Translations under genes and position numbers: made by a program
Assembly (NCBI RefSeq): GCF_009914755.1
Contig: NC_060943.1
Strand: one strand, 5' to 3'
DNA length: 64,000 bases
Source: the human T2T-CHM13v2.0 reference genome, Homo sapiens
Part shown: positions 1-13,300 of the stretch, piece after piece
Numbering within the stretch: the first letter of the stretch is position 1
Layout: every line of letters starts with the position of its first letter
The notes under the pieces: model-generated
The model's input: the letters and a program-made list of their open reading frames with translations, nothing else
Database searches by the model: none
What the model was told of the DNA's origin: nothing

Positions 1-107
1 GTGATGTGTGCGTTCAACTCACAGAGTTTAACCTTTCTTTTCATAGAGCAGTTAGGAAACACTCTGTTTGTAAAGTCTGCAAGTGGATATTCAGACATCC
101 TTGAGGC

Positions 108-124
108 TTTCGTTGGAAACGGGA
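108..124 (+). promoter_or_regulatory. CENP-B box (first of 188 box positions, 340-bp spacing, last at ~63671-63687)
   Basis: TTTCGTTGGAAACGGGA fits the 17-bp NTTCGNNNNANNCGGGN consensus. The common alleles YTTCGTTGGAAACGGGA, CTTCGTTGGAAGCGGGA and ATTCGTTGGAAACGGGA all keep the 9 core bases. Confidence 0.96.
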
Positions 125-181
125 TTTCTTCATATTCTGCTAGAAAGAAGAATTCTCAGTAACTTCCTTGTGTTGTGTGTA

Positions 182-200
182 TTCAACTCACAGAGTTGAA
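182..200. other. Perfect 8-bp inverted repeat TTCAACTC-ACA-GAGTTGAA (once per dimer; imperfect version in the other monomer)
   Basis: The reverse complement of TTCAACTC (182-189) is GAGTTGAA (193-200). Confidence 0.9.
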
Positions 201-276
201 CGATCCTTTACACAGAGCAGACTTGAAACACTCTTTTTGTGGAACTTGCAAGTGGAGATTTCAGCCGCTTTGAGGT

Positions 277-293
277 CAATGGTAGAATAGGAA
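277..293 (+). other. A-box (pJalpha-type) position of the non-CENP-B monomer, repeated every 340 bp
   Basis: CAATGGTAGAATAGGAA follows TTGAGG at the position homologous to the CENP-B box, and resembles the A-type monomer motif CTAYGGTGRAAAAGGAA with mismatches. Confidence 0.6.
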
Positions 294-305
294 ATATCTT
301 CCTAT
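287..305. other. Perfect 7-bp inverted repeat ATAGGAA-ATATC-TTCCTAT (once per dimer)
   Basis: The reverse complement of ATAGGAA (287-293) is TTCCTAT (299-305). Confidence 0.9.
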
Positions 306-999
306 AGAAACTAGACAGAATGATTCTCAGAAACTCCTTTGTGATGTGTGCGTTCAACTCACAGAGTTTAACCTTTCTTTTCATAGAGCAGTTGGGAAAC
401 ACTCTGTTTGTAAAGTCTGCAAGTGGATATTCAGACATCCTTGAGGCTTTCGTTGGAAAAGGGATTTCTTCATATTCTGCTAGAAAGAAGAATTCTCAGT
501 AACTTCCTTGTGTTGTGTGTTTTCAACTCACAGAGTTGAACGATCCTTTACACAGAGCAGACTTGAAACACTCCTTTTGTGGAATTTGCAAGTGGAGATT
601 TCAGCCGCTTTGAGGTCAATGGTAGAATAGGAAATATCTTCCTATAGAAACTAGACAGAATGATTCTCAGAAACTCCTTTGTGATGTGTGCGTTCAACTC
701 ACAGAGTTCAACCTTTCATTTCATAGAGCAGTTGGGAAACACTCTGTTTGTAAAGTCTGCAAGTGGATATTCAGACTTCTTTGAGGCCTTCGTTGGAAGC
801 GGGATTTCTTCATGTTCTGCTAGACAGAAGAATTCTCAGAAACTTCCTTGTGTTGTGTGTTTTCAACTCACAGAGTTGAACGATCCTTTACACAGAGCAG
901 ACTTGAAACACTCCTTTTGTGGAATTTGCAAGTGGAGATTTCAGCCGCTTTGAGGTCAATGGTAGAATAGGAAATATCTTCCTATAGAAACTAGACAGA

Positions 1000-3900
1000 A
1001 TGATTCTCATAACTCCTTTGTGATGTGTGCGTTCAACTCACAGAGTTCAACCTTTCTTTTCATAGAGCAGTTGGGAAACACTCTGTTTGTAAAGTCTGCA
1101 AGTGGATATTCAGTCTTCTTTGAGGCCTTCGTTGGAAGCGGGATTTCTTCATATTCTGCTAGACAGAAGAATTCTCAGTAACTGCCTTGTGTTGTGTGTA
1201 TTCAACTCACAGAGTTGAACGATCCTTTACACAGAGCAGACTTGAAACACTCTTTTTGTGGAATTTGCAAGTGGAGATTTCAGCCGCTTTGAAGTCAATG
1301 GTAGAATAGGAAATATCTTCCTATAGAAACTAGACAGAATGATTCTCAGAAACTCCTTTGTGATGTGTGCGTTCAACTCACAGAGTTTAACCTTTCTTTT
1401 CATAGAGCAGTTAGGAAACACTCTGTTTGTAAAGTCTGCAAGTGGATATTCAGACATCCTTGAGGCTTTCGTTGGAAACGGGATTTCTTCATATTCTGCT
1501 AGAAAGAAGAATTCTCAGTAACTTCCTTGTGTTGTGTGTATTCAACTCACAGAGTTGAACGATCCTTTACACAGAGCAGACTTGAAACACTCTTTTTGTG
1601 GAATTTGCAAGTGGAGATTTCAGCCGCTTTGAGGTCAATGGTAGAATAGGAAATATCTTCCTATAGAAACTAGACAGAATGATTCTCAGAAACTCCTTTG
1701 TGATGTGTGCGTTCAACTCACACAGTTTAACCTTTCTTTTCATAGAGCAGTTGGGAAACACTCTGTTTGTAAAGTCTGCAAGTGGATATTCAGACATCCT
1801 TGAGGCTTTCGTTGGAAACGGGATTTCTTCATATTCTGCTAGAAAGAAGAATTCTCAGTAACTTCCTTGTGTTGTGTGTATTCAACTCACAGAGTTGAAC
1901 GATCCTTTACACAGAGCAGACTTGAAACACTCTTTTTGTGGAATTTGCAAGTGGAGATTTCAGCCGCTTTGAGGTCAATGGTAGAATAGGAAATATCTTC
2001 CTATAGAAACTAGACAGAATGATTCTCAGAAACTCCTTTGTGATGTGTGCGTTCAACTCACACAGTTTAACCTTTCTTTTCATAGAGCAGTTAGGAAACA
2101 CTCTGTTTGTAAAGTCTGCAAGTGGATATTCAGACCTCCTTGAGGCCTTCGTTGGAAACGGGATTTCTTCATATTATGCTAGACAGAAGAATTCTCAGGA
2201 ACTTCCTTGTGTTGTGTGTATTCAACTCACAGAGTTGAACGATCCTTTACACAGAGCAGACTTGAAACACTCTTTTTGTGGAATTTGCAAGTGGAGATTT
2301 CAGCCACTTTGAGTTCAATGGTAGAATAGGAAATATCTTCCTATAGAAAGTACACAGAATGATTCTTAGAAACTGCTTTGTGATGTGTGCGTTCAACTCA
2401 CAGAGTTCAACCTTTCTTTTCATAGAGCAGTTGGGAAACACTCTGTTTGTAAAGTCTGCAAGTGGATATTCAGACTTCTTTGAGGCCTTCGTTGGAAGCG
2501 GGATTTCTTCATATTCTGCTAGACAGAAGAATTCTCAGTAACTTCCTTGTGTTGTGTGTATTCAACTTACAGAGTTGAACGATCCTTTACACAGAGCAGA
2601 CTTGAAACACTCTTTTTGTGGAATTTGCAAGTGGAGATTTCAGCCGCTTTGAGGTCAATGGTAGAATAGGAAATATCTTCCTATAGAAACTAGACAGAAT
2701 GATTCTCAGAAACTCCTTTGTGATGTGTGCGTTCAACTCACAGAGTTCAACCTTTCTTTTCATAGAGCAGTTGGGAAACACTCTGTTTGTAAAGTCTGCA
2801 AGTGGATATTCAGACTTCTTTGAGGCCTTCGTTGGAAGCGGGATTTCTTCATGTTCTGCTAGACAGAAGAATTCTCAGAAACTTCCTTGTGTTGTGTGTT
2901 TTCAACTCACAGAGTTGAACGATCCTTTACACAGAGCAGACTTGAAACACTCCTTTTGTGGAATTTGCAAGTGGAGATTTCAGCCGCTTTGAGGTCAATG
3001 GTAGAATAGGAAATATCTTCCTATAGAAAGTAGACAGAATGATTCTCAGAAACTCCTTTGTGATGTGTGCGTTCAACTCACAGAGTTTAACCTTTCTTTT
3101 CATAGAGCAGTTAGGAAACACTCTGTTTGTAAAGTCTGCAAATGGATATTCAGACCTCCTTGAGGCCTTCGTTGGAAACAGGATTTCTTCATATTCTGCT
3201 AGACAGAAGAATTCTCAGTAACTTCCTTGTGTTGTGTGTATTCAACTCACAGAGTTGAACGATCCTTTACACAGAGCAGACTTGAAACACTCTTTTTGTG
3301 GAATTTGCAATTGGAGATTTCAGCCGCTTTGAGTTCAATGGTAGAATAGGAAATATCTTCCTATAGAAACTAGACAGAATGATTCTCATAACTCCTTTGT
3401 GATGTGTGCGTTCAACTCACAGAGTTCAACCTTTCTTTTCATAGAGCAGTTGGGAAACACTCTGTTTGTAAAGTCTGCAAGTGGATATTCAGACTTCTTT
3501 GAGGCCTTCGTTGGAAGCGGGATTACATCATATTCTGCTAGACAGAAGAATTCTCAGTAACTGCCTTGTGTTGTGTGTATTCAACTCACAGAGTTGAACG
3601 ATCCTTTACACAGAGCAGACTTGAAACACTCTTTTTGTGGAATTTGCAAGTGGAGATTTCAGCCGCTGTGAGGTCAATGGTAGAATAGGAAATATCTTCC
3701 TATAGAAACTAGACAGAATGATTCTCAGAAACTCCTTTGTGATGTGTGCGTTCAACTCACAGAGTTTAACCTTTCTTTTCATAGAGCAGTTAGGAAACAC
3801 TCTGTTTGTAAAGTCTGCAAGTGGATATTCAGACATCCTTGAGGCTTTCGTTGGAAACGGGATTTCTTCATATTCTGCTAGAAAGAAGAATTCTCAGTAA

Positions 3901-5760
3901 CTTCCTTGTGTTGTGTGTATTCAACTCACAGAGTTGAACGATCCTTTACACAGAGCAGACTTGAAACACTCTTTTTGTGGAATTTGCAAGTGGAGATTTC
4001 AGCCGCTTTGAGGTCAATGGTAGAATAGGAAATATCTTCCTATAGAAACTAGACAGAATGATTCTCAGAAACTCCTTTGTGATGTGTGCGTTCAACTCAC
4101 ACAGTTTAACCTTTCTTTTCATAGAGCAGTTGGGAAACACTCTGTTTGTAAAGTCTGCAAGTGGATATTCAGACATCCTTGAGGCTTTCGTTGGAAACGG
4201 GATTTCTTCATATTCTGCTAGAAAGAAGAATTCTCAGTAACTTCCTTGTGTTGTGTGTATTCAACTCACAGAGTTGAACGATCCTTTACACAGAGCAGAC
4301 TTGAAACACTCTTTTTGTGGAATTTGCAATTGGAGATTTCAGCCGCTTTGAGTTCAATGGTAGAATAGGAAATATCTTCCTATAGAAAGTACACAGAATG
4401 ATTCTTAGAAACTGCTTTGTGATGTGTGCGTTCAACTCACAGAGTTCAACCTTTCTTTTCATAGAGCAGTTGGGAAACACTCTGTTTGTAAAGTCTGCAA
4501 GTGGATATTCAGACTTCTTTGAGGCCTTCGTTGGAAGCGGGATTTCTTCATATTCTGCTAGACAGAAGAATTCTCAGTAACTTCCTTGTGTTGTGTGTAT
4601 TCAACTCACAGAGTTGAACGATCCTTTACACAGAGCAGACTTGAAACACTCTTTTTGTGGAATTTGCAAGTGGAGATTTCAGCCGCTTTGAGGTCAATGG
4701 TAGAATAGGAAATATCTTCCTATAGAAACTAGACAGAATGATTCTCAGAAACTCCTTTGTGATGTGTGCGTTCAACTCACAGAGTTCAACCTTTCTTTTC
4801 ATAGAGCAGTTGGGAAACACTCTGTTTGTAAAGTCTGCAAGTGGATATTCAGACTTCTTTGAGGCCTTCGTTGGAAGCGGGATTTCTTCATGTTCTGCTA
4901 GACAGAAGAATTCTCAGAAACTTCCTTGTGTTGTGTGTTTTCAACTCACAGAGTTGAACGATCCTTTACACAGAGCAGACTTGAAACACTCCTTTTGTGG
5001 AATTTGCAAGTGGAGATTTCAGCCGCTTTGAGGTCAATGGTAGAATAGGAAATATCTTCCTATAGAAAGTAGACAGAATGATTCTCAGAAACTCCTTTGT
5101 GATGTGTGCGTTCAACTCACAGAGTTTAACCTTTCTTTTCATAGAGCAGTTAGGAAACACTCTGTTTGTAAAGTCTGCAAATGGATATTCAGACCTCCTT
5201 GAGGCCTTCGTTGGAAACAGGATTTCTTCATATTCTGCTAGACAGAAGAATTCTCAGTCACTTCCTTGTGTTGTGTGTATTCAACTCACAGAGTTGAACG
5301 ATCCTTTACACAGAGCAGACTTGAAACACTCTTTTTGTGGAATTTGCAATTGGAGATTTCAGCCGCTTTGAGTTCAATGGTAGAATAGGAAATATCTTCC
5401 TATAGAAACTAGACAGAATGATTCTCATAACTCCTTTGTGATGTGTGCGTTCAACTCACAGAGTTCAACCTTTCTTTTCATAGAGCAGTTGGGAAACACT
5501 CTGTTTGTAAAGTCTGCAAGTGGATATTCAGACTTCTTTGAGGCCTTCGTTGGAAGCGGGATTTCTTCATATTCTGCTAGACAGAAGAATTCTCAGTAAC
5601 TGCCTTGTGTTGTGTGTATTCAACTCACAGAGTTGAACGATCCTTTACACAGAGCAGACTTGAAACACTCTTTTTGTGGAATTTGCAAGTGGAGATTTCA
5701 GCCGCTGTGAGGTCAATGGTAGAATAGGAAATATCTTCCTATAGAAACTAGACAGAATGA
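1000..5760 (+). repeat. Local higher-order block of 7- then 6-dimer repeats (2379 and 2039 bp)
   Basis: The indel allele ATTCTCATAACTCC occurs at ~1005, ~3384 and ~5423. TTCTTAGAAACTGC occurs at ~2363/~4402, and GCAAATGG plus AAACAGG at ~3140-3182/~5179-5221 (offset 2039). Confidence 0.85.
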
Positions 5761-7349
5761 TTCTCAGAAACTCCTTTGTGATGTGTGCGTTCAACTCACA
5801 GAGTAAAACATTTCTTTTCATAGAGCAGTTGGGAAACACTCTGTTTGTAAAGTCTGCAAGTGGATATTCAGACTTCTTTGAGGCCTTCGTTGGAAGCGGG
5901 ATTTCTTCATATTCTGCTAGACAGAAGAATTCTCAGTAACTGCCGTCTGTTGTGTGTATTCAACTCACAGAGTTGAACGATCCTTTACACAGAGCAGACT
6001 TGAAACACTCTTTTTGTGGAATTTGCAAGTGGAGATTTCAGCCGCTTTGAGGTCAATGGTAGAATAGGAAATATCTTCCTATAGAAACTAGACAGAATGA
6101 TTCTCAGAAACTCCTTTGTGATGTGTGCGTTCAACTCACAGAGTTTAACCTTTCTTTTCATAGAGCAGTTAGGAAATACTCTGTTTGTAAAGTCTGCAAG
6201 TGGATATTCAGACATCCTTGAGGCTTTCGTTGGAAACGGGATTTCTTCATATTCTGCTAGAAAGAAGAATTCTCAGTAACTTCCTTGTGTTGTGTGTATT
6301 CAACTCACAGAGTTGAACGATCCTTTACACAGAGCAGACTTGAAACACTCTTTTTGTGGAATTTGCAAGTGGAGATTTCAGCCGCTTTGAGGTCAATGGT
6401 AGAATAGGAAATATCTTCCTATAGAAACTAGACAGAATGATTCTCAGAAACTCCTTTGTGATGTGTGCGTTCAACTCACAGAGTTTAACCTTTCTTTTCA
6501 TAGAGCAGTTGGGAAACACTCTGTTTGTAAAGTCTGCAAGTGGATATTCAGACATCCTTGAGGCTTTCGTTGGAAAAGGGATTTCTTCATATTCTGCTAG
6601 AAAGAAGAATTCTCAGTAACTTCCTTGTGTTGTGTGTTTTCAACTCACAGAGTTGAACGATCCTTTACACAGAGCAGACTTGAAACACTCCTTTTGTGGA
6701 ATTTGCAAGTGGAGATTTCAGCCGCTTTGTGGTCAATGGTAGAATAGGAAATATCTTCCTATAGAAACTAGACAGAATGATTCTCAGAAACTCCTTTGTG
6801 ATGTGTGCGTTCAACTCACAGAGTTCAACCTTTCTTTTCATAGAGCAGTTGGGAAACACTCTGTTTGTAAAGTCTGCAAGTGGATATTCAGACTTCTTTG
6901 AGGCCTTCGTTGGAAGCGGGATTTCTTCATGTTCTGCTAGACAGAAGAATTCTCAGAAACTTCCTTGTGTTGTGTGTTTTCAACTCACAGAGTTGAACGA
7001 TCCTTTACACAGAGCAGACTTGAAACACTCCTTTTGTGGAATTTGCAAGTGGAGATTTCAGCCGCTTTGAGGTCAATGGTAGAATAGGAAATATCTTCCT
7101 ATAGAAAGTAGACAGAATGATTCTCAGAAACTCCTTTGTGATGTGTGCGTTCAACTCACAGAGTTTAACCTTTCTTTTCATAGAGCAGTTAGGAAACACT
7201 CTGTTTGTAAAGTCTGCAAGTGGATATTCAGACCTCCTTGAGGCCTTCGTTGGAAACGGGATTTCTTCATATTATGCTAGACAGAGGAATTCTCAGTAAC
7301 TTCCTTGTGTTGTGTGTATTCAACTCACAGAGTTGAACGATCCTTTACA

Positions 7350-10300
7350 CAGAGCAGACTTGAAACACTCTTTTTGTGGAATTTGCAAGTGGAGATTTCA
7401 GCCGCTTTGAGTTCAATGGTAGAATAGGAAATATCTTCCTATAGAAACTAGACAGAATGATTCTCAGAAACTCCTTTGTGATGTGTGCGTTCAACTCACA
7501 GAGTTCAACCTTTCTTTTCATAGAGCAGTTGGGAAACACTCTGTTTGTAAAGTCTGCAAGTGGATATTCAGACTTCTTTGAGGCCTTCGTTGGAAGCGGG
7601 ATTTCTTCATATTCTGCTAGACAGAAGAATTCTCAGTAACTGCCTTGTGTTGTGTGTATTCAACTCACAGAGTTGAACGATCCTTTACACAGAGCAGACT
7701 TGAAACACTCTTTTTGTGGAATTTGCAAGTGGAGATTTCAGCCGCTTTGAGGTCAATGGTAGAATAGGAAATATCTTCCTATAGAAACTAGACAGAATGA
7801 TTCTCAGAAACTCCTTTGTGATGTGTGCGTTCAACTCACAGAGTTTAACCTTTCTTTTCATAGAGCAGTTAGGAAACACTCTGTTTGTAAAGTCTGCAGG
7901 TGGATATTCAGACCTCCTTGAGGCCTTCGTTGGAAACGGGATTTCTTCATATTATGCTAGACAGAAGAATTCTCAGTAACTTCCTTGTGTTGTGTGTATT
8001 CAACTCACAGAGTTGAACGATCCTTTACACAGAGCAGACTTGAAACACTCTTTTTGTGGAATTTGCAAGTGGAGATTTCAGCCGCTTTGAGGTCAATGGT
8101 AGAATAGGAAATATCTTCCTATAGAAACTAGACAGAATGATTCTCAGAAACTCCTTTGTGATGTGTGCGTTCAACTCACAGAGTTTAACCTTTCTTTTCA
8201 TAGAGCAGTTAGGAAACACTCTGTTTGTAAAGTCTGCAAGTGGATATTCAGACATCCTTGAGGCTTTCGTTGGAAACGGGATTTCTTCATATTCTGCCAG
8301 AAAGAAGAATTCTCAGTAACTTCCTTGTGTTGTGTGTATTCAACTCACAGAGTTGAACGATCCTTTACACAGAGCAGACTTGAAACACTCTTTTTGTGGA
8401 ATTTGCAAGTGGAGATTTCAGCCGCTTTGAGGTCAATGGTAGAATAGGAAATATCTTCCTATAGAAACTAGACAGAATGATTCTCAGAAACTCCTTTGTG
8501 ATGTGTGCGTTCAACTCACAGAGTTTAACCTTTCTTTTCATAGAGCAGTTAGGAAACACTCTGTTTGTAAAGTCTGCAAGTGGATATTCAGACATCCTTG
8601 AGGCTTTCGTTGGAAACGGGATTTCTTCATATTCTGCTAGACAGAAGAATTCTCAGTAACTTCCTTGTGTTGTGTGTATTCAACTCACAGAGTTGAACGA
8701 TCCTTTACACAGAGCAGACTTGAAACACTCTTTTTGTGGAATTTGCAAGTGGAGATTTCAGCCGCTTTGAGGTCAATGGTAGAATAGGAAATATCTTCCT
8801 ATAGAAACTAGACAGAATGATTCTCAGAAACTCCTTTGTGATGTGTGCGTTCAACTCACAGAGTTTAACCTTTCTTTTCATAGAGCAGTTGGGAAACACT
8901 CTGTTTGTAAAGTCTGCAAGTGGATATTCAGACATCCTTGAGGCTTTCGTTGGAAACGGGATTTCTTCATATTCTGCTAGAAAGAAGAATTCTCAGTAAC
9001 TTCCTTGTGTTGTGTGTATTCAACTCACAGAGTTGAACGATCCTTTACACAGAGCAGACTTGAAACACTCTTTTTGTGGAATTTGCAAGTGGAGATTTCA
9101 GCCGCTTTGAGGTCAATGGTAGAATAGGAAATATCTTCCTATAGAAACTAGACAGAATGATTCTCAGAAACTCCTTTGTGATGTGTGCGTTCAACTCACA
9201 CAGTTTAACCTTTCTTTTCATAGAGCAGTTGGGAAACACTCTGTTTGTAAAGTCTGCAAGTGGATATTCAGACTTCTTTGAGGCCTTCGTTGGAAGCGGG
9301 ATTTCTTCATGTTCTGCTAGACAGAAGAATTCTCAGAAACTTCCTTGTGTTGTGTGTTTTCAACTCACAGAGTTGAACGATCCTTTACACAGAGCAGACT
9401 TGAAACACTCCTTTTGTGGAATTTGCAAGTGGAGATTTCAGCCGCTTTGAGGTCAATGGTAGAATAGGAAATATCTTCCTATAGAAACTAGACAGAATGA
9501 TTCTCAGAAACTCCTTTGTGATGTGTGCGTTCAACTCACAGAGTTTAACCTTTCTTTTCATAGAGCAGTTAGGAAACACTCTGTTTGTAAAGTCTGCAAG
9601 TGGATATTCAGACCTCCTTGAGGCCTTCGTTGGAAACAGGATTTCTTCATATTCTGCTAGACAGAAGAATTCTCAGTAACTTCCTTGTGTTGTGTGTATT
9701 CAACTCACAGAGTTGAATGATCCTTTACACAGAACAGTCTTGAAACACTCTTTTTGTGGAATTTGCAAGTGGAGATTTCAGCCGCTTTGAGGTCAATGGT
9801 AGAATAGGAAATATCTTCCTATAGAAACTAGACAGAATGATTCTCAGAAACTCCTTTGTGATGTGTGCGTTCAACTCACAGAGTTCAACCTTTCTTTTCA
9901 TAGAGCAGTTAGGAAACACTCTGTTTGTAAAGTCTGCAAGTGGATATTCAGACTTCTTTGAGGCCTTCGTTGGAAGCGGGATTTCTTCATATTCTGCTAG
10001 ACAGAAGAATTCTCAGTAACTGCCTTGTGTTGTGTGTATTCAACTCACAGAGTTGAACGATCCTTTACACAGAGCAGACTTGAAACACTCTTTTTGTGGA
10101 ATTTGCAAGTGGAGATTTCAGCCGCTGTGAGGTCAATGGTAGAATAGGAAATATCTTCCTATAGAAACTAGACAGAATGATTCTCAGAAACTCCTTTGTG
10201 ATGTGTGCGTTCAACTCACAGAGTTCAACCTTTCTTTTCATAGAGCAGTTGGGAAACACTCTGTTTGTAAAGTCTGCAAGTGGATATTCAGACTTCTTTG

Positions 10301-13300
10301 AGGCCTTCGTTGGAAGCGGGATTTCTTCATATTCTGCTAGACAGAAGAATTCTCAGTAACTGCCTTGTGTTGTGTGTATTCAACTCACAGAGTTGAACGA
10401 TCCTTTACACAGAGCAGACTTGAAACACTCTTTTTGTGGAATTTGCAAGTGGAGATTTCAGCCGCTTTGAGGTCAATGGTAGAATAGGAAATATCTTCCT
10501 ATAGAAACTAGACAGAATGATTCTCAGAAACTCCTTTGTGATGTGTGCGTTCAACTCACACAGTTTAACCTTTCTTTTCATAGAGCAGTTAGGAAACACT
10601 CTGTTTGTAAAGTCTGCAAGTGGATATTCAGACCTCCTTGAGGCCTTCGTTGGAAACGGGATTTCTTCATATTATGCTAGACAGAAGAATTCTCAGGAAC
10701 TTCCTTGTGTTGTGTGTATTCAACTCACAGAGTTGAACGATCCTTTACACAGAGCAGACTTGAAACACTCTTTTTGTGGAATTTGCAAGTGGAGATTTCA
10801 GCCGCTTTGAGTTCAATGGTAGAATAGGAAATATCTTCCTATAGAAAGTACACAGAATGATTCTCAGAAACTGCTTTGTGATGTGTGCGTTCAACTCACA
10901 GAGTTCAACCTTTCTTTTCATAGAGCAGTTGGGAAACACTCTGTTTGTAAAGTCTGCAAGTGGATATTCAGACTTCTTTGAGGCCTTCGTTGGAAGCGGG
11001 ATTTCTTCATATTCTGCTAGACAGAAGAATTCTCAGTAACTTCCTTGTGTTGTGTGTATTCAACTCACAGAGTTGAACGATCCTTTACACAGAGCAGACT
11101 TGAAACACTCTTTTTGTGGAATTTGCAAGTGGAGATTTCAGCCGCTTTGAGTTCAATGGTAGAATAGGAAATATCTTCCTATAGAAACTAGACAGAATGA
11201 TTCTCAGAAACTCCTTTGTGATGTGTGCGTTCAACTCACAGAGTTCAACCTTTCTTTTCATAGAGCAGTTGGGAAACACTCTGTTTGTAAAGTCTGCAAG
11301 TGGATATTCAGACTTCTTTGAGGCCTTCGTTGGAAGCGGGATTTCTTCATGTTCTGCTAGACAGAAGAATTCTCAGAAACTTCCTTGTGTTGTGTGTTTT
11401 CAACTCACAGAGTTGAACGATCCTTTACACAGAGCAGACTTGAAACACTCCTTTTGTGGAATTTGCAAGTGGAGATTTCAGCCGCTTTGAGGTCAATGGT
11501 AGAATAGGAAATATCTTCCTATAGAAAGTAGACAGAATGATTCTCAGAAACTCCTTTGTGATGTGTGCGTTCAACTCACAGAGTTTAACCTTTCTTTTCA
11601 TAGAGCAGTTAGGAAACACTCTGTTTGTAAAGTCTGCAAGTGGATAATCAGACCTCCTTGAGGCCTTCGTTGGAAACACGATTTCTTCATATTCTGCTAG
11701 ACAGAAGAATTCTCAGTAACTTCCTTGTGTTGTGTGTATTCAACTCACAGAGTTGAATGATCCTTTACACAGAACAGTCTTGAAACACTCTTTTTGTGGA
11801 ATTTGCAAGTGGAGATTTCAGCCGCTTTGAGGTCAATGGTAGAATAGGAAATATCTTCCTATAGAAACTAGACAGAATGATTCTCAGAAACTCCTTTGTG
11901 ATGTGTGCGTTCAACTCACAGAGTTCAACCTTTCTTTTCATAGAGCAGTTGGGAAACACTCTGTTTGTAAAGTCTGCAAGTGGATATTCAGACTTCTTTG
12001 AGGCCTTCGTTGGAAGCGGGATTTCTTCATATTCTGCTAGACAGAAGAATTCTCAGTAACTGCCTTGTGTTGTGTGTATTCAACTCACAGAGTTGAACGA
12101 TCCTTTACACAGAGCAGACTTGAAACACTCTTTTTGTGGAATTTGCAAGTGGAGATTTCAGCCGCTGTGAGGTCAATGGTAGAATAGGAAATATCTTCCT
12201 ATAGAAACTAGACAGAATGATTCTCAGAAACTCCTTTGTGATGTGTGCGTTCAACTCACAGAGTTCAACCTTTCTTTTCATAGAGCAGTTGGGAAACACT
12301 CTGTTTGTAAAGTCTGCAAGTGGATATTCAGACTTCTTTGAGGCCTTCGTTGGAAGCGGGATTTCTTCATATTCTGCTAGACAGAAGAATTCTCAGTAAC
12401 TGCCTTGTGTTGTGTGTATTCAACTCACAGAGTTGAACGATCCTTTACACAGAGCAGACTTGAAACACTCTTTTTGTGGAATTTGCAAGTGGAGATTTCA
12501 GCCGCTTTGAGGTCAATGGTAGAATAGGAAATATCTTCCTATAGAAACTAGACAGAATGATTCTCAGAAACTCCTTTGTGATGTGTGCGTTCAACTCACA
12601 GAGTTTAACCTTTCTTTTCATAGAGCAGTTAGGAAACACTCTGTTTGTAAAGTCTGCAAGTGGATATTCAGACATCCTTGAGGCTTTCGTTGGAAACGGG
12701 ATTTCTTCATATTCTGCCAGAAAGAAAAATTCTCAGTAACTTCCTTGTGTTGTGTGTATTCAACTCACAGAGTTGAACGATCCTTTACACAGAGCAGACT
12801 TGAAACACTCTTTTTGTGGAATTTGCAAGTGGAGATTTCAGCCGCTTTGAGGTCAATGGTAGAATAGGAAATATCTTCCTATAGAAACTAGACAGAATGA
12901 TTCTCAGAAACTCCTTTGTGATGTGTGCGTTCAACTCACAGAGTTTAACCTTTCTTTTCATAGAGCAGTTGGGAAACACTCTGTTTGTAAAGTCTGCAAG
13001 TGGATATTCAGACCTCCTTGAGGCCTTCGTTGGAAGCGGGATTTCTTCATGTTCTGCTAGACAGAAGAATTCTCAGAAACTTCCTTGTGTTGTGTGTTTT
13101 CAACTCACAGAGTTGAACGATCCTTTACACAGAGCAGACTTGAAACACTCCTTTTGTGGAATTTGCAAGTGGAGATTTCAGCCGCTTTGAGGTCAATGGT
13201 AGAAAAGGAAATATCTTCGTATAAAAACTAGACAGAATGATTCTCAGAAACTCCTTTGTGATGTGTGCGTTCAACTCACAGATTTTAACCTTTCTTTTCA

